This document shows positions 54,879 to 64,000 of a stretch of 64,000 bases of DNA, piece by piece. The notes below the pieces were generated by a model. It did no database searches and was not told where the DNA came from. It saw nothing but the letters and a program-made list of their open reading frames with translations. How positions within the stretch are numbered: position 1 is the stretch's first letter; the number at the start of each line of letters is the position of its first letter. The DNA lies in IMG/VR virus record IMGVR_UViG_3300008735_000002, positions 1 through 64,000 of that record. The stretch is one strand, 5' to 3'. This stretch comes from a virus. The position numbers and the translations under genes were made by a program.

Positions 54879-56288
54879 TTATACGCTTCTTAATTCATTC
54901 CACTTTTTTCTTATCAACGCTTTTGTCTCTTTCTCTTCATCTTCTAAAGCCTCTGACAAAGTCGACATATCTTCATCTAACACCTTAATAGTAGAACATG
55001 CGGTGTCGATGTGAATAGGAAAAACGATACCATCCTTGCCAGCCCTGTTTTTTGCGATGTAAAGTCTACCTGCACCGGTAGCTTTTTCTGTAGCTTTTCT
55101 AGATATCGAAACAACAAGGTCAGCGACCATCGCCTTTCCATACGCCTCTGACATATTCTCTAGACCAACGATATCCGAATTCGCAGAATCTCTATTGGCT
55201 TGAGAAGCTGTCCAAATTGGAATTCGAATCTCCATCGCAAGATTTCTTAGCTCTTCATAGATCAACTTTAATTCATGACGTAAAGAATCATATGACCTTG
55301 TTGAGCGCATAATGTCTGCATAATCGATGATCAACACGCTCGGCTTAAATCCTCTTAAAGCTAATTTCTCGATGTGGTTTCTAAGCGTCGTAACAGACGG
55401 ATATCCTGTAGGATATTCTTTGATAATCAACCTACCAAGATCAGAATTTCCTTCATAAAATTTCTTTACCTGTTCCTTATTACTCACGACGTCAGACGAA
55501 GAAATCCCGCACAGATTTGAATCATATCTAATTCCCACAGCTTGTTCTGTTAATTCAAATGTATAATGCAAGACGTTCTTTCCTCGTCGCATCGCATTCG
55601 CACCCATCTGAACTAAATAATGGGATTTACCGACACCGGTATTCGCGGTGACGACACCAATCTCTCCCCTGCCCAATCCACCAGCTAAAACATCTTTTGC
55701 ATCCAGCTCTGGTATTCCAGTAGGGCAAACGCAACGATTTGCGACGACAAAGCGCGCCTCCATGTCTTCAAAGAAATCATGACCAACAGTGTTTGAAAGC
55801 CCGATTGAAACAGCGTTTTTCATAAGAGAAATAACCGATTCGAAATTATCACCCGCTATTAATTCTACAGACTTTTCTAATGCTTCTTTAAAAGCCTGCC
55901 TCTTACAAAAGTCTAAAGACTTCTCTTTAACATACGCAATATCACCGGGGTGGGGATTCTCTTTTGCTCGAATAAGATAGCTTACGATCTGATCACGCAA
56001 TAAAACATCTCCATCTTCGCTTAAAGAATCTTTGATAATGCTGATCAGCAAACCCTGCGTAGGGAAACATCGATATTCTAAAAAATACTTGAAATATTTC
56101 TCGCATAGATACTCAAGATATCGCAACTCAAAAAAATCAGGCCTCATCACCTCGACCATTTGAGCGGCCCATTGATGATCAGTTAAAAGTCCTTGTAAGA
56201 TTTTCTCTTGAAAAGACTTGTTATATTGTCGAAATTGCCCTCCCGGGATTTCGTTTAGTATGTCGTGGCTAAGAGCGCCCATTCTCAC
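54879..56288 (-). CDS. replicative helicase (DnaB/T4 gp41-like)
   Basis: ANTGVGKS, FEL, IIDYAD, WTASQANR, KNRAG. Confidence 0.9.
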   Translation of the reverse strand: MRMGALSHDILNEIPGGQFRQYNKSFQEKILQGLLTDHQWAAQMVEVMRPDFFELRYLEYLCEKYFKYFLEYRCFPTQGLLISIIKDSLSEDGDVLLRDQIVSYLIRAKENPHPGDIAYVKEKSLDFCKRQAFKEALEKSVELIAGDNFESVISLMKNAVSIGLSNTVGHDFFEDMEARFVVANRCVCPTGIPELDAKDVLAGGLGRGEIGVVTANTGVGKSHYLVQMGANAMRRGKNVLHYTFELTEQAVGIRYDSNLCGISSSDVVSNKEQVKKFYEGNSDLGRLIIKEYPTGYPSVTTLRNHIEKLALRGFKPSVLIIDYADIMRSTRSYDSLRHELKLIYEELRNLAMEIRIPIWTASQANRDSANSDIVGLENMSEAYGKAMVADLVVSISRKATEKATGAGRLYIAKNRAGKDGIVFPIHIDTACSTIKVLDEDMSTLSEALEDEEKETKALIRKKWNELRSV

Positions 56289-56289
56289 C

Positions 56290-57246
56290 TCATCCTAATG
56301 CTCGTAGTGTCATGAACAATTTATCATAATCAAAATTGCGAATTCCAAGTTTCATCAAAGACCGAATAAATCCTAGTTTGTCTCTCTTTGTATCTTCCAG
56401 TTCTAGCGCGCCATCGATTTTCTGGACCTGGGTTCCAGATAAGTTTCCGTGTCCTAGATACATAAGCTTCCAATTTCTGCGAATCGTGACTTCGTGATTG
56501 ATGATGCTATCATAAAGCTTCAAGCTCTTTTGTTTTCGAAGTTTTCTACATTTTGTAAGTATGTCGTCGACAGCCAGACTTTCTGGTTCTTTCAGGGTAC
56601 CGAAGCGCTTTGCAAGACTCTTAAACCCAGCGCCAGGGACACCTTTTAGCCCGTCTGATCCGTCACCAACAAAGCATCTGGCTAAACAAAAATTTTTGGG
56701 ATGAATGTTAAACTCATCGACAACTTTTGTAGCAGTCCACTCCCTTTTGCTACCGGGGGACCACACCGAAATTCGATCATCGATCAATTGGTAAAAATCT
56801 TTGTCTGTGGAAATTATAACACATCTCTCATCGCTGAAGTTAACGCTAACAAGTCTCGCTATAACATCATCAGCTTCACAATCTGATATATAAATTTGCG
56901 GAACACTTGCTTTCCTCAATAGGCTCACGAGCTGGGCTACTTGCTCGTTTCTATTTGAAACAGTGTTTGGTAAATCATCACCGGAATAAAATCGGTTTAG
57001 TTTCTCAGGACGTCTACCTGCCTTATACGTCGGGTCAATCGATCGCCTCCGAGGAGAGCCGCCACCCTCCCAAACAACAACGATATCCTGTGGTGTATAC
57101 CTCTCAGAAAGTAACTGTAGACCTTTCAAGAATCCAACAATTCCTCCCACAGCATTTCCATTTTCCCCCATTGAAGGATTTGCGGCAAAGTGTCTATAGA
57201 AGCAATTCAGTCCATCGATTATTAGAACGGGCTTAACTGGCATCAT
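56290..57246 (-). CDS. 5'-3' exonuclease (PolA N-terminal/FEN-like), second copy
   Basis: IIDGLN, YKAGR, EADDVIA, STDKDFYQL, GDGSDGLKGVPGAGFK. Confidence 0.9.
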   Translation of the reverse strand: MMPVKPVLIIDGLNCFYRHFAANPSMGENGNAVGGIVGFLKGLQLLSERYTPQDIVVVWEGGGSPRRRSIDPTYKAGRRPEKLNRFYSGDDLPNTVSNRNEQVAQLVSLLRKASVPQIYISDCEADDVIARLVSVNFSDERCVIISTDKDFYQLIDDRISVWSPGSKREWTATKVVDEFNIHPKNFCLARCFVGDGSDGLKGVPGAGFKSLAKRFGTLKEPESLAVDDILTKCRKLRKQKSLKLYDSIINHEVTIRRNWKLMYLGHGNLSGTQVQKIDGALELEDTKRDKLGFIRSLMKLGIRNFDYDKLFMTLRALG

Positions 57247-58433
57247 TCATTTAGATCAGGCAGATCATCAAGGTTAATTTCCATTGCAGCTGCTCGCACC
57301 TCTTCGTAAGACTCAGTGTCAAGCGTCGCATGCTCATCATCAGACATTTTTCTAATCATACACGCGCTAAGAAGAGAATCGATATAACGTCTATATGCAG
57401 TGTCTTTCCACACACCACCAAAATCAGCCTTGTAGAATTTCTTTTCTATCTCTATTTCACCAGTCTTTGTGTCGGTCACTGTTAGATTCTTCCACGCGCT
57501 GGTTCCCTTTACACAAATTTCTTTTCCATCGATAATTTCAGGACCGTGTTTTCTTAGCTCGTCAAATACTTGCTCATGTTCCACAATCCCTTTGCCGAAG
57601 TGTATCTCGAAATTACACTCTCTGAAGGGCGGCGCAACCTTATTCTTAATAGTCTTAGCACGAACGTGAATGCCAATAACCTCTTTATTTTTATTGGTGA
57701 TCTGCTGTCCTGCTCCCAGCTTGATTCGTACTGATGAATGGAAAGGTATCGCCTTACCACCGGGGGTTGTAGTGGGGTCACCGTACATGACTCCGATCTT
57801 TGTTCGAATTTGGTTTAGACAAATGAATAGCACGTTCTGGTTCGCAATAACCCCCGTAATTTTTCGCATTCCCTTAGAAATAGCTCTAGCCTGTAGGCCT
57901 ATAGAATTTTGTTCATAAGTTCCATCTAGCTCAGCCTTTGGAGATGAAGCCGCAACAGAATCCCAAATAATCGTAACGGGAACGTCTTTATCCATCGCTT
58001 TTGCTTTTAGTATCGTTGATTCCGCGATGCCTAAAACCTCTTCTGTGCAGTGCGTGTCGACATACACAAAACGCTTTGTGATGTCAACCCCAAGCAACCC
58101 AAGATTTTCAACAGACGTTGCATTTTCAGTATCGATGTAAACAACAATACCGCCCAACTGTTGGGTTGAGCGAGCTATCTGAATTGCAATATGAGATTTT
58201 CCTATTGAAGGAGGACCGAATATCTCTATGATTCTTCCTTCTGGTAAGCCGCCATCACTGCGATTTGCGATGATGTAATCAAGCTGTTCTGAGCCAGTGC
58301 TAATCCATCGATTAACATGAGTTGGTGACTCATCGGTTGAAAGATTATACGCCACTCTAGAACCATGCTCTTTATTAAGAGACTTGATTAGGTCAGAAGT
58401 GAAATCATCGCCGCCACCTTTTTTCTTTGCCAT
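57243..58433 (-). CDS. recA: RecA/UvsX recombinase (start moved to 58433)
   Basis: ISTGS, GRIIEIFGPPSIGKS, YIDTE, WDSVAA, NQIR, TPGGKAIPF, KNKVAPPF; SD GAGG. Confidence 0.93.
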   Translation of the reverse strand: MAKKKGGGDDFTSDLIKSLNKEHGSRVAYNLSTDESPTHVNRWISTGSEQLDYIIANRSDGGLPEGRIIEIFGPPSIGKSHIAIQIARSTQQLGGIVVYIDTENATSVENLGLLGVDITKRFVYVDTHCTEEVLGIAESTILKAKAMDKDVPVTIIWDSVAASSPKAELDGTYEQNSIGLQARAISKGMRKITGVIANQNVLFICLNQIRTKIGVMYGDPTTTPGGKAIPFHSSVRIKLGAGQQITNKNKEVIGIHVRAKTIKNKVAPPFRECNFEIHFGKGIVEHEQVFDELRKHGPEIIDGKEICVKGTSAWKNLTVTDTKTGEIEIEKKFYKADFGGVWKDTAYRRYIDSLLSACMIRKMSDDEHATLDTESYEEVRAAAMEINLDDLPDLNE

Positions 58434-58451
58434 ATTATTACCTCGTAAAAG

Positions 58452-58480
58452 ATTATAGGAAAAAAAGCTGTAGTGTTCAA
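58452..58480 (-). promoter_or_regulatory. sigma70-type promoter for recA
   Basis: TTGAAC-17-TATAAT. Confidence 0.7.
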
Positions 58481-58512
58481 ATAAAAAGGGAAGAGGCAAC
58501 GCCTCTTCCCTT
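58481..58512 (-). terminator. intrinsic terminator after the SSB gene
   Basis: Perfect 12-bp stem AAGGGAAGAGGC/GCCTCTTCCCTT with 3-nt loop, followed by a T-rich run on the minus strand. Confidence 0.85.
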
Positions 58513-58539
58513 GGGTGAGATGATCTCGTAGACTACAGA

Positions 58540-59334
58540 CTAAAAGTCGTCATCCTCAAGATCGGCGAACGCGTCATCAAGGCTCTTGAACTTAGACTCG
58601 ATATTTTTTGGTGCGGAGCTAGTGGTAGTATTACCGTTGAATCCGCGGCTCGTTCCACCCTCATCTGTTTCAGCGTCATCACCTTCTAGCCAATCGTTGA
58701 TAATCTTCGCTAGCGCTTCATACGCCTTCGCTTCATAAAGATCGTCGATTACTGGAATCGATTCTGTCCATGTTGCAGCCTGCTTATTATCCTTAGAAAG
58801 AGGTGATTGCTTTCCTCGTGGACGGACTTCAGTCGTCGCCCACATGCGTCCCGGCGCCTTGGTACAGATTACCTTAACATCACGACCATCAGTCGGGTCA
58901 GTAATATCGCCGTAATCTTCATCGAGCATAATGTTCAGCAAGGACTGATAAACTGTCTTACCGAAAGACCAGACTCGAACACCCTTATCTTCTTCGCCGC
59001 GAACGATTACCGGGGCATAATAGCGAGCCTTAGGATATAGCTTCTTACAAAGCTCGTAAGACTCCTTTGTGCCCTCATCCCTAAGCTTGGTAATCAACTC
59101 CTGAACAGGGTCTGGATTACCGAACTGGTAAGGTGCTAGAAGACCGGGATTATTTCCGATGTTATAATAAAACCAACGCTCTGAGAATGGAAGTCCATCA
59201 TCATTATCGCTGAATGCCATAAGACGAACTACGCTTTCTTCGCCTTCTTGGGGACGCCAAAGTACATTTCGACGTGAGTTATTGCCAGATAGCTGGCCAA
59301 GCTTCTTACGAAGCGCTTCCATATCAATTGCCAT
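58540..59334 (-). CDS. single-stranded DNA-binding protein (T4 gp32-like)
   Basis: LWRP, PFSERWFYYNIG, KLYPKARYY, WSFGK, ITDPTDGRD; acidic tail ending DDDF. Confidence 0.8.
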   Translation of the reverse strand: MAIDMEALRKKLGQLSGNNSRRNVLWRPQEGEESVVRLMAFSDNDDGLPFSERWFYYNIGNNPGLLAPYQFGNPDPVQELITKLRDEGTKESYELCKKLYPKARYYAPVIVRGEEDKGVRVWSFGKTVYQSLLNIMLDEDYGDITDPTDGRDVKVICTKAPGRMWATTEVRPRGKQSPLSKDNKQAATWTESIPVIDDLYEAKAYEALAKIINDWLEGDDAETDEGGTSRGFNGNTTTSSAPKNIESKFKSLDDAFADLEDDDF

Positions 59335-59394
59335 TTTTTCTCCAAATGTTTAGTGTGCAATGTTTAATTGTCATGTGTCCGTAAGGACATTTAT

Positions 59395-59423
59395 AGTATA
59401 ATAGTTGGTAGTCAGTTTTTCAA
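59395..59423 (-). promoter_or_regulatory. sigma70-type promoter for SSB
   Basis: TTGAAA-17-TATACT. Confidence 0.65.
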
Positions 59424-59424
59424 A

Positions 59425-59673
59425 TTATTTTTTAGCTATTTTTGCGCCGCCAAAAGCTGAAGCGTTTGCCTTCTCGGCATCCTTACGCCTTTTCCTTCTT
59501 TCTCCAGAAGGACCGCGACCTAAGGGAACCATAGGCCCCGGGACGCCACCAGAACTTTGCTCATCATGGTGGCTCTCATCATCATCTTCCCTCTCATCCT
59601 CTGCACTTAGATCAGGTTCACCCAGAACTTCTTCTTCAATCAAGAGTCGTATGTATTCCCGAAGGCTATCCAT
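59425..59673 (-). CDS. small LREYI-tagged protein
   Basis: MDSLREYIRLLIEE, then an acidic and a basic segment. Confidence 0.65.
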   Translation of the reverse strand: MDSLREYIRLLIEEEVLGEPDLSAEDEREDDDESHHDEQSSGGVPGPMVPLGRGPSGERRKRRKDAEKANASAFGGAKIAKK

Positions 59674-59681
59674 ACTTTTAA

Positions 59682-60521
59682 TTATTCAGAAAAACGATGT
59701 TTGGGCTCTATTTCGAAATATTGCGGCTCAACTTTAGAAAGATTTTCAACGAGCCATTGACACTCACGTTCTGCGGCGTCTTTCGTGTTCGTGGCTTTCC
59801 ACCAACAAACAAGATCAGGATTCCAACGATATCGACCCTGCTTTAAGATTACATTCTCTTCCCGCAAAGATCCAGCTGCAAATACATGATAATCTGGAGC
59901 TACAGCATTCTCAAGAAGCTCTTTCATGTAATGTTTCTTTCGTAGGAGATGAAGAGTCGCATCAACATCTGACTCTGCGTTATGGGAATCGTAATAGAAG
60001 CCGTGCCATGCACACAAGACCTCTAAAGCCTTAGAGCACCGAACCGTACCAGTCCAATCAACTTGAGACATCGAACAACCCCAGATGGCATCTTCGGGCA
60101 CGGAGCATCCGTTATTTCTTATGGCTTGCTCTATCCACTTTCTATCAAAAGAAGCATTATGAGCGATGATGAATTGACACCGTCCAAGGATAGATGAAAT
60201 GCGATCCCATGGGATTGACTTACCCTCCAAGTCTTCATCCACAAACCCGGTTATCTCTGTAATAATCGAAGGTAGTGGAGAGGAGGGCTGTTGCATTTCG
60301 ACGAGCGTTTTCTTTAGTCCGGAGACTTCACCCGTTTTAAGGCTTACAAAAAATGGACGGACCGCAATTTGGATCACTTCATCTTTCTGGTGGTTAAGCC
60401 CGGTTGTCTCAACATCTACAATAGCAGCAACTACGTCACCATCTTCCGGGGTTCGATCTGGTGGCCTTAAAGCATCCAGCTTACTTAAGATAATCTGTCC
60501 GTCTTGTTCTAAATGCTTCAT
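59682..60521 (-). CDS. DEDDh 3'-5' exonuclease (DnaQ/epsilon-like)
   Basis: VDVETTG, IAHNASFD, HNAESD. Confidence 0.88.
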   Translation of the reverse strand: MKHLEQDGQIILSKLDALRPPDRTPEDGDVVAAIVDVETTGLNHQKDEVIQIAVRPFFVSLKTGEVSGLKKTLVEMQQPSSPLPSIITEITGFVDEDLEGKSIPWDRISSILGRCQFIIAHNASFDRKWIEQAIRNNGCSVPEDAIWGCSMSQVDWTGTVRCSKALEVLCAWHGFYYDSHNAESDVDATLHLLRKKHYMKELLENAVAPDYHVFAAGSLREENVILKQGRYRWNPDLVCWWKATNTKDAAERECQWLVENLSKVEPQYFEIEPKHRFSE

Positions 60522-60545
60522 TAACGCTCCACAAATGCTATTAAA

Positions 60546-60574
60546 ATAATAGAGCCAACTTGCAAAGTGTACAA
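60546..60574 (-). promoter_or_regulatory. sigma70-type promoter
   Basis: TTGTAC-17-TATTAT. Confidence 0.5.
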
Positions 60575-60581
60575 CCTAAAG

Positions 60582-61091
60582 TTACCAGCTCCCCTTTATT
60601 TCTGAAGCGTAAACAACTACACCTTCACCGTCCACTTGGATCTGAAGCGGTTCATTCGATTTTAGTAAGCCAGCTTTCATAGCTCCCATCAAAGTATGGT
60701 GAAGAAACTTCGCTCCATTCCGGGCGTTTAATTCGCCCATTGAAATACGAAGGCCAGGATTACCACCCTTCGAAACTTTCTTAACGCCGCCGTAGGCTAA
60801 CTGCATTACCTCTGCACCCCCGATGGCTTGCTGGATAATCTTTCCAGCACCGTCGAAGTTAGAACCACCGCTCGATACCTCGAGGTTCTTCATCAACTGC
60901 TTGGGGTCCTTTGTCGCCAACGCACCAGCATCCGCGACAGCTTTGGTGAACGCGCCTCCGCCAACTGACAAACCGATCTCACCCGCTTTTATCTTTACAA
61001 CTTTCTTCTTATTACCACGCCCTTTCGGTTTTTCTTCTTCACCCTCGGTGAGGACTTGTTGAATAATTTGTCTTATCTGTTGCTCATTCAT
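60582..61091 (-). CDS. hypothetical protein with tag-like N-terminus
   Basis: IRQIIQQVLTE. Confidence 0.6.
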   Translation of the reverse strand: MNEQQIRQIIQQVLTEGEEEKPKGRGNKKKVVKIKAGEIGLSVGGGAFTKAVADAGALATKDPKQLMKNLEVSSGGSNFDGAGKIIQQAIGGAEVMQLAYGGVKKVSKGGNPGLRISMGELNARNGAKFLHHTLMGAMKAGLLKSNEPLQIQVDGEGVVVYASEIKGSW

Positions 61092-62280
61092 AATGGTTAA
61101 ACTCTTTTATCTTAAGTGGAAAATTTCCTAATCCCGGTACGCTGTACCCTATATCTACATATCTTTTAATATCGTCTAAATGCTCATTATTAACATCAAT
61201 AATCAACGCATCGTGAATTACGAAAAGTGGACGGCACTGTTTCGAAAACTTCTGCACAAAATGACTAAACCCCGCAATCGCGACATCAGCAGCAGTCGAC
61301 TGAAGATAATTATTGATTAGAATACTTTCTCTTGCATTATCGACATCAATTGGCCGACCAAAATAATTCTGTATAATACCTTCTTTTGCTTGCTGAAACA
61401 AATGCCTCTTTAACGCTGATAGCTTGAAATATTCACTCACAGCACGTACAAGTTGTCTAGCAGTTATATCGACAGTCTCGGTAGCCAACAGTTTATTAAG
61501 CCTGGAATTACCTGCCCCATAAAGCGAACAAAGCACCGCGAGCTTCGCAGTGTCCCTTGATACTTTGACCCCCGTAGTTTCGAGGAAAGAAAGATACACG
61601 TCATTTGACGCATGCACATTCGCAAAGTTTAAAGCGACTCTTGGTTCGAGAGAAACAAAGTCAATTTCGAATAATCTCGAATTAGATTTTCTTGGTGCGA
61701 AAATACTTCGAAATTCTTTCTTAAGCGTCAAAACTTGCGGACCTGATTTGATGGTCAACCTGCCCGTCTTTGTAGAAACCCTATCATAGAATGGTACGTT
61801 TAGCAAGGAATCATGAGAACCAGACAACATATGACGAAGCACATGAGAATCGTTAGTTCGAATGAGTTTCTGTAATAAGACTTTGTCCACCTTCGCGCGC
61901 TCAAGTCTTGAAAACAATCGATTCGAATCTACAAAGAACGATGGATATTTGCTTTCAACAAAAAGCTCTTCTATCTTCGCCAGGTCTTCGACATAACTCC
62001 TAAAATTTTCCTTAAAGACTTCCCGCGGTAGAACAAATCTCCATGGAATTATCTTGGGGCCGTTTAGGTCTAAAAAGCTCTTTCGAAATTTTGCAGGTAC
62101 AAAGTCTGGCATTTCTATACCATACAAACGTAATAGCGGCTCAAGAGAATCTGGTCGACCCTCACATCCCAGCACAAAATACTCACCGACCCCAATATCG
62201 CTAGTCCACCTAACCTGATTACCGCTAATGACCATGTGAGTCTCGGTCCCTAGATAATTTTTATGTAAGAGAATCGGCAT
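61084..62280 (-). CDS. family A DNA polymerase, polymerase domain only
   Basis: TKTGRL, motif A IDFVSLEPRV, motif B AKLAVLCSLYG, NYLQSTAAD, motif C IHDAL. Confidence 0.85.
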   Translation of the reverse strand: MPILLHKNYLGTETHMVISGNQVRWTSDIGVGEYFVLGCEGRPDSLEPLLRLYGIEMPDFVPAKFRKSFLDLNGPKIIPWRFVLPREVFKENFRSYVEDLAKIEELFVESKYPSFFVDSNRLFSRLERAKVDKVLLQKLIRTNDSHVLRHMLSGSHDSLLNVPFYDRVSTKTGRLTIKSGPQVLTLKKEFRSIFAPRKSNSRLFEIDFVSLEPRVALNFANVHASNDVYLSFLETTGVKVSRDTAKLAVLCSLYGAGNSRLNKLLATETVDITARQLVRAVSEYFKLSALKRHLFQQAKEGIIQNYFGRPIDVDNARESILINNYLQSTAADVAIAGFSHFVQKFSKQCRPLFVIHDALIIDVNNEHLDDIKRYVDIGYSVPGLGNFPLKIKEFNHYE

Positions 62281-62314
62281 CCTTTAATTTAAGAAGAAGA
62301 ATGCTATTGTTCAG

Positions 62315-64000
62315 CTAATCAGCTTCGGAAAGAGCCGACAAGGCAGTTTTCACATTTCCAAACATACTGATGTATTTACCAAACGCATCAACCTGAGTCA
62401 TCTTCAATTTCGTCTCAAATTTCCCTTGCTCTATAGTATGATCGATACCTGTCACAACAAACACGTTGTCGATTGTCGTGCCAGTTCCAAAATCGACAAA
62501 AAACTGCTGGCCATAACTCACCATCGGACAGCCATACGTCGACAATGAAAGCGAAACAGGGGTTGTCTGCAACGGAAGTCCTGCATCACGCGATCCTTGT
62601 GGACCATCGCCACCACCCTGACCGGCGCGCAGCATATTAACAGAAGCTAATTTAGAATTATTCATTGATGATAGATCAGCGCTCAATACAGCAGAGTTTG
62701 AACTACCGTAAATTATCGACGGCATGCTACTCATCATAAAGTTTTTCAAGGCTGGAAAACCACCTTTCATCCTAAAATATGTTTCATCTAAATCAATGTC
62801 TGATAGCTGTGGAGGATCTGTTGTTGTAGTCGGAACTGGCTCCATAATACCCGCATCCATTGCGGCCTGTAGGCCTTCGTAGAAAGCTGTCGTGTGATCC
62901 ACACTCGCTCCTTCAGTACTAGAATCCGCATCCTCAACTTCGCCTGGGACGCCGCCGGCGGCTGATGAAAGCAAACCGATAGAATCGCTCCTTGCAGCGG
63001 TCATCATTTTCATGAGGGACGGATAGGCACCACAAGTGGTGTCATAAACATGGATGCGTAATATCGTGCCCCTCTTTCCTCGGGGATGAGTACCGACTTT
63101 ACAAGGTACCGCTTGCATCTCCATCTTGATACGTGGCATCTTGAATTCAATGTCTGCATCTTCTCCATAGGCATCTTCTAAACGCTTTTTCTTTTCATCA
63201 TTTAGCGCAGTAGCATCCTCTGAAAATTCTTCCTTCATCGACGTCTCGCCCTCATCATCAGTTTCATAAAGGGCCGTGAGACCGTAAACATAAGATGCCT
63301 GATTGTGAATAAATTCTTTCGAAACAAAGCTCAAAAAAGCGCTAAGAGGAATATTGACAGTCGTCTGTGTCCGCTCTTCGAACTTTGCCTCAAAATCTTC
63401 AATTCTTATCGGGATCTGGGCAATATTCAATATTGATAAATAACTTGATTTATCGTTGACAGGATAAAAGACAAACTGAATCTCGTCAAAGCGCCTGGTC
63501 GATGCCAGCGGTTTTCCAACCATATACAACAACATTGCCCCAAAAGAAACAAATTTTGGATCGTTATATCTCGCATTCACATACTTGGTACTACCATGAG
63601 CGCCCCGAACAGTGAAGGCAAATGGATCCTTACCGTTTTGGCGCATACTCTTTAAGTGCTGGATCTTTGACGCGACGGCATCTGCAATTGTTTGTTTTGC
63701 TGCTTCCGCTACACCACCCGTCCCGCTAGACCCGAACATTTCTTCTAAAGTGTCTCGTAGATCCGCTGTCGCTGGATCAGTTGTATTTCTCTTGGCAGCA
63801 ATAAAGGCTTTTATGGCGTCAGCAGTCTCTTGATCAACAGTCATTGCAGAACTAGTATCAGAAGCTGCTGTCATAAAAGACGACCCAAACATGTCTTTAG
63901 CTGCCGCTGTATCACCCGTTGCTTCAGCATCATCCATAATCTGCTCTTTAATAACCGCAATCGCTTCAGTCAACTCTTTCATAACCTCTAATACGTTATC
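62315..64000 (-). CDS. 3' part of a large putative tail/baseplate-hub protein (5' end outside window)
   Basis: Frame stays open past 63982 to the window edge; the C-terminal FVVTGIDHTIEQGKFETKLK resembles gpD/gp27-type hub ends. Confidence 0.5.
   Translation of the reverse strand, partial: DNVLEVMKELTEAIAVIKEQIMDDAEATGDTAAAKDMFGSSFMTAASDTSSAMTVDQETADAIKAFIAAKRNTTDPATADLRDTLEEMFGSSGTGGVAEAAKQTIADAVASKIQHLKSMRQNGKDPFAFTVRGAHGSTKYVNARYNDPKFVSFGAMLLYMVGKPLASTRRFDEIQFVFYPVNDKSSYLSILNIAQIPIRIEDFEAKFEERTQTTVNIPLSAFLSFVSKEFIHNQASYVYGLTALYETDDEGETSMKEEFSEDATALNDEKKKRLEDAYGEDADIEFKMPRIKMEMQAVPCKVGTHPRGKRGTILRIHVYDTTCGAYPSLMKMMTAARSDSIGLLSSAAGGVPGEVEDADSSTEGASVDHTTAFYEGLQAAMDAGIMEPVPTTTTDPPQLSDIDLDETYFRMKGGFPALKNFMMSSMPSIIYGSSNSAVLSADLSSMNNSKLASVNMLRAGQGGGDGPQGSRDAGLPLQTTPVSLSLSTYGCPMVSYGQQFFVDFGTGTTIDNVFVVTGIDHTIEQGKFETKLKMTQVDAFGKYISMFGNVKTALSALSEAD

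Noticed and set aside
1-64000. Bacterial chromosome origin (groEL, recA, dnaE, def, sigma, ssrA)
   Set aside because: No rRNA, ribosomal-protein or cell-envelope operons. The genes are divergent and sit among gp32/gp41/gp42-like, endolysin and baseplate-like genes on one strand.
1-64000. Alternative genetic code (stop-codon reassignment)
   Set aside because: Long genes are intact in the standard code, and TAA, TAG and TGA all end tightly packed genes.

Overview
This window is part of a large (jumbo-type) tailed bacteriophage genome. It is gene-dense, uses the standard genetic code, and is almost all on the minus strand except one plus-strand island (8991-11784: tmRNA, permuted YkgJ-like gene, tubulin/FtsZ homolog, P-loop kinase). 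No rRNA, tRNA, CRISPR array, transposase, integrase or intein was seen. Modules: (1) 1-8907, a tandem array of small enzyme genes (GNAT, HAD, papain-like, Ntn-hydrolase, possible ART) sharing an N-terminal M-N-x-L-R-E-Y-I-R-x-L-L-x-E cassette that is also repeated at DNA level, resembling a capsid-targeting and protease-cleavage tag. (2) 9-21 kb, host-takeover genes: tmRNA, alarmone hydrolase, peptide deformylase, sigma70-family factor, GroEL, flap exonuclease. (3) 22-34 kb, acidic putative virion proteins and membrane/lysis-like proteins, including degenerate SOD and PCD folds. (4) 33.9-41 kb, a T4-like cytosine hypermodification cluster: gp42-like dCMP-modifying enzyme with the dCMP-specifying Asp, beta-glucosyltransferase-like GT-B enzyme and nucleotide kinase, interleaved with an NDP-sugar epimerase and UDP-galactopyranose mutase. 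This predicts a furanose-sugar (Galf-type) modified cytosine, supported by nearby dCTPase-like, MBD4-like, dCMP deaminase and ThyX genes. (5) 41-62 kb, replication and metabolism: DnaE, glutamine synthetase II, endolysin, ClpP, NrdJ, helicase, RecA, SSB, DnaQ, PolA fragment. All calls come from motif reading and remembered family sequences; no database search was run.
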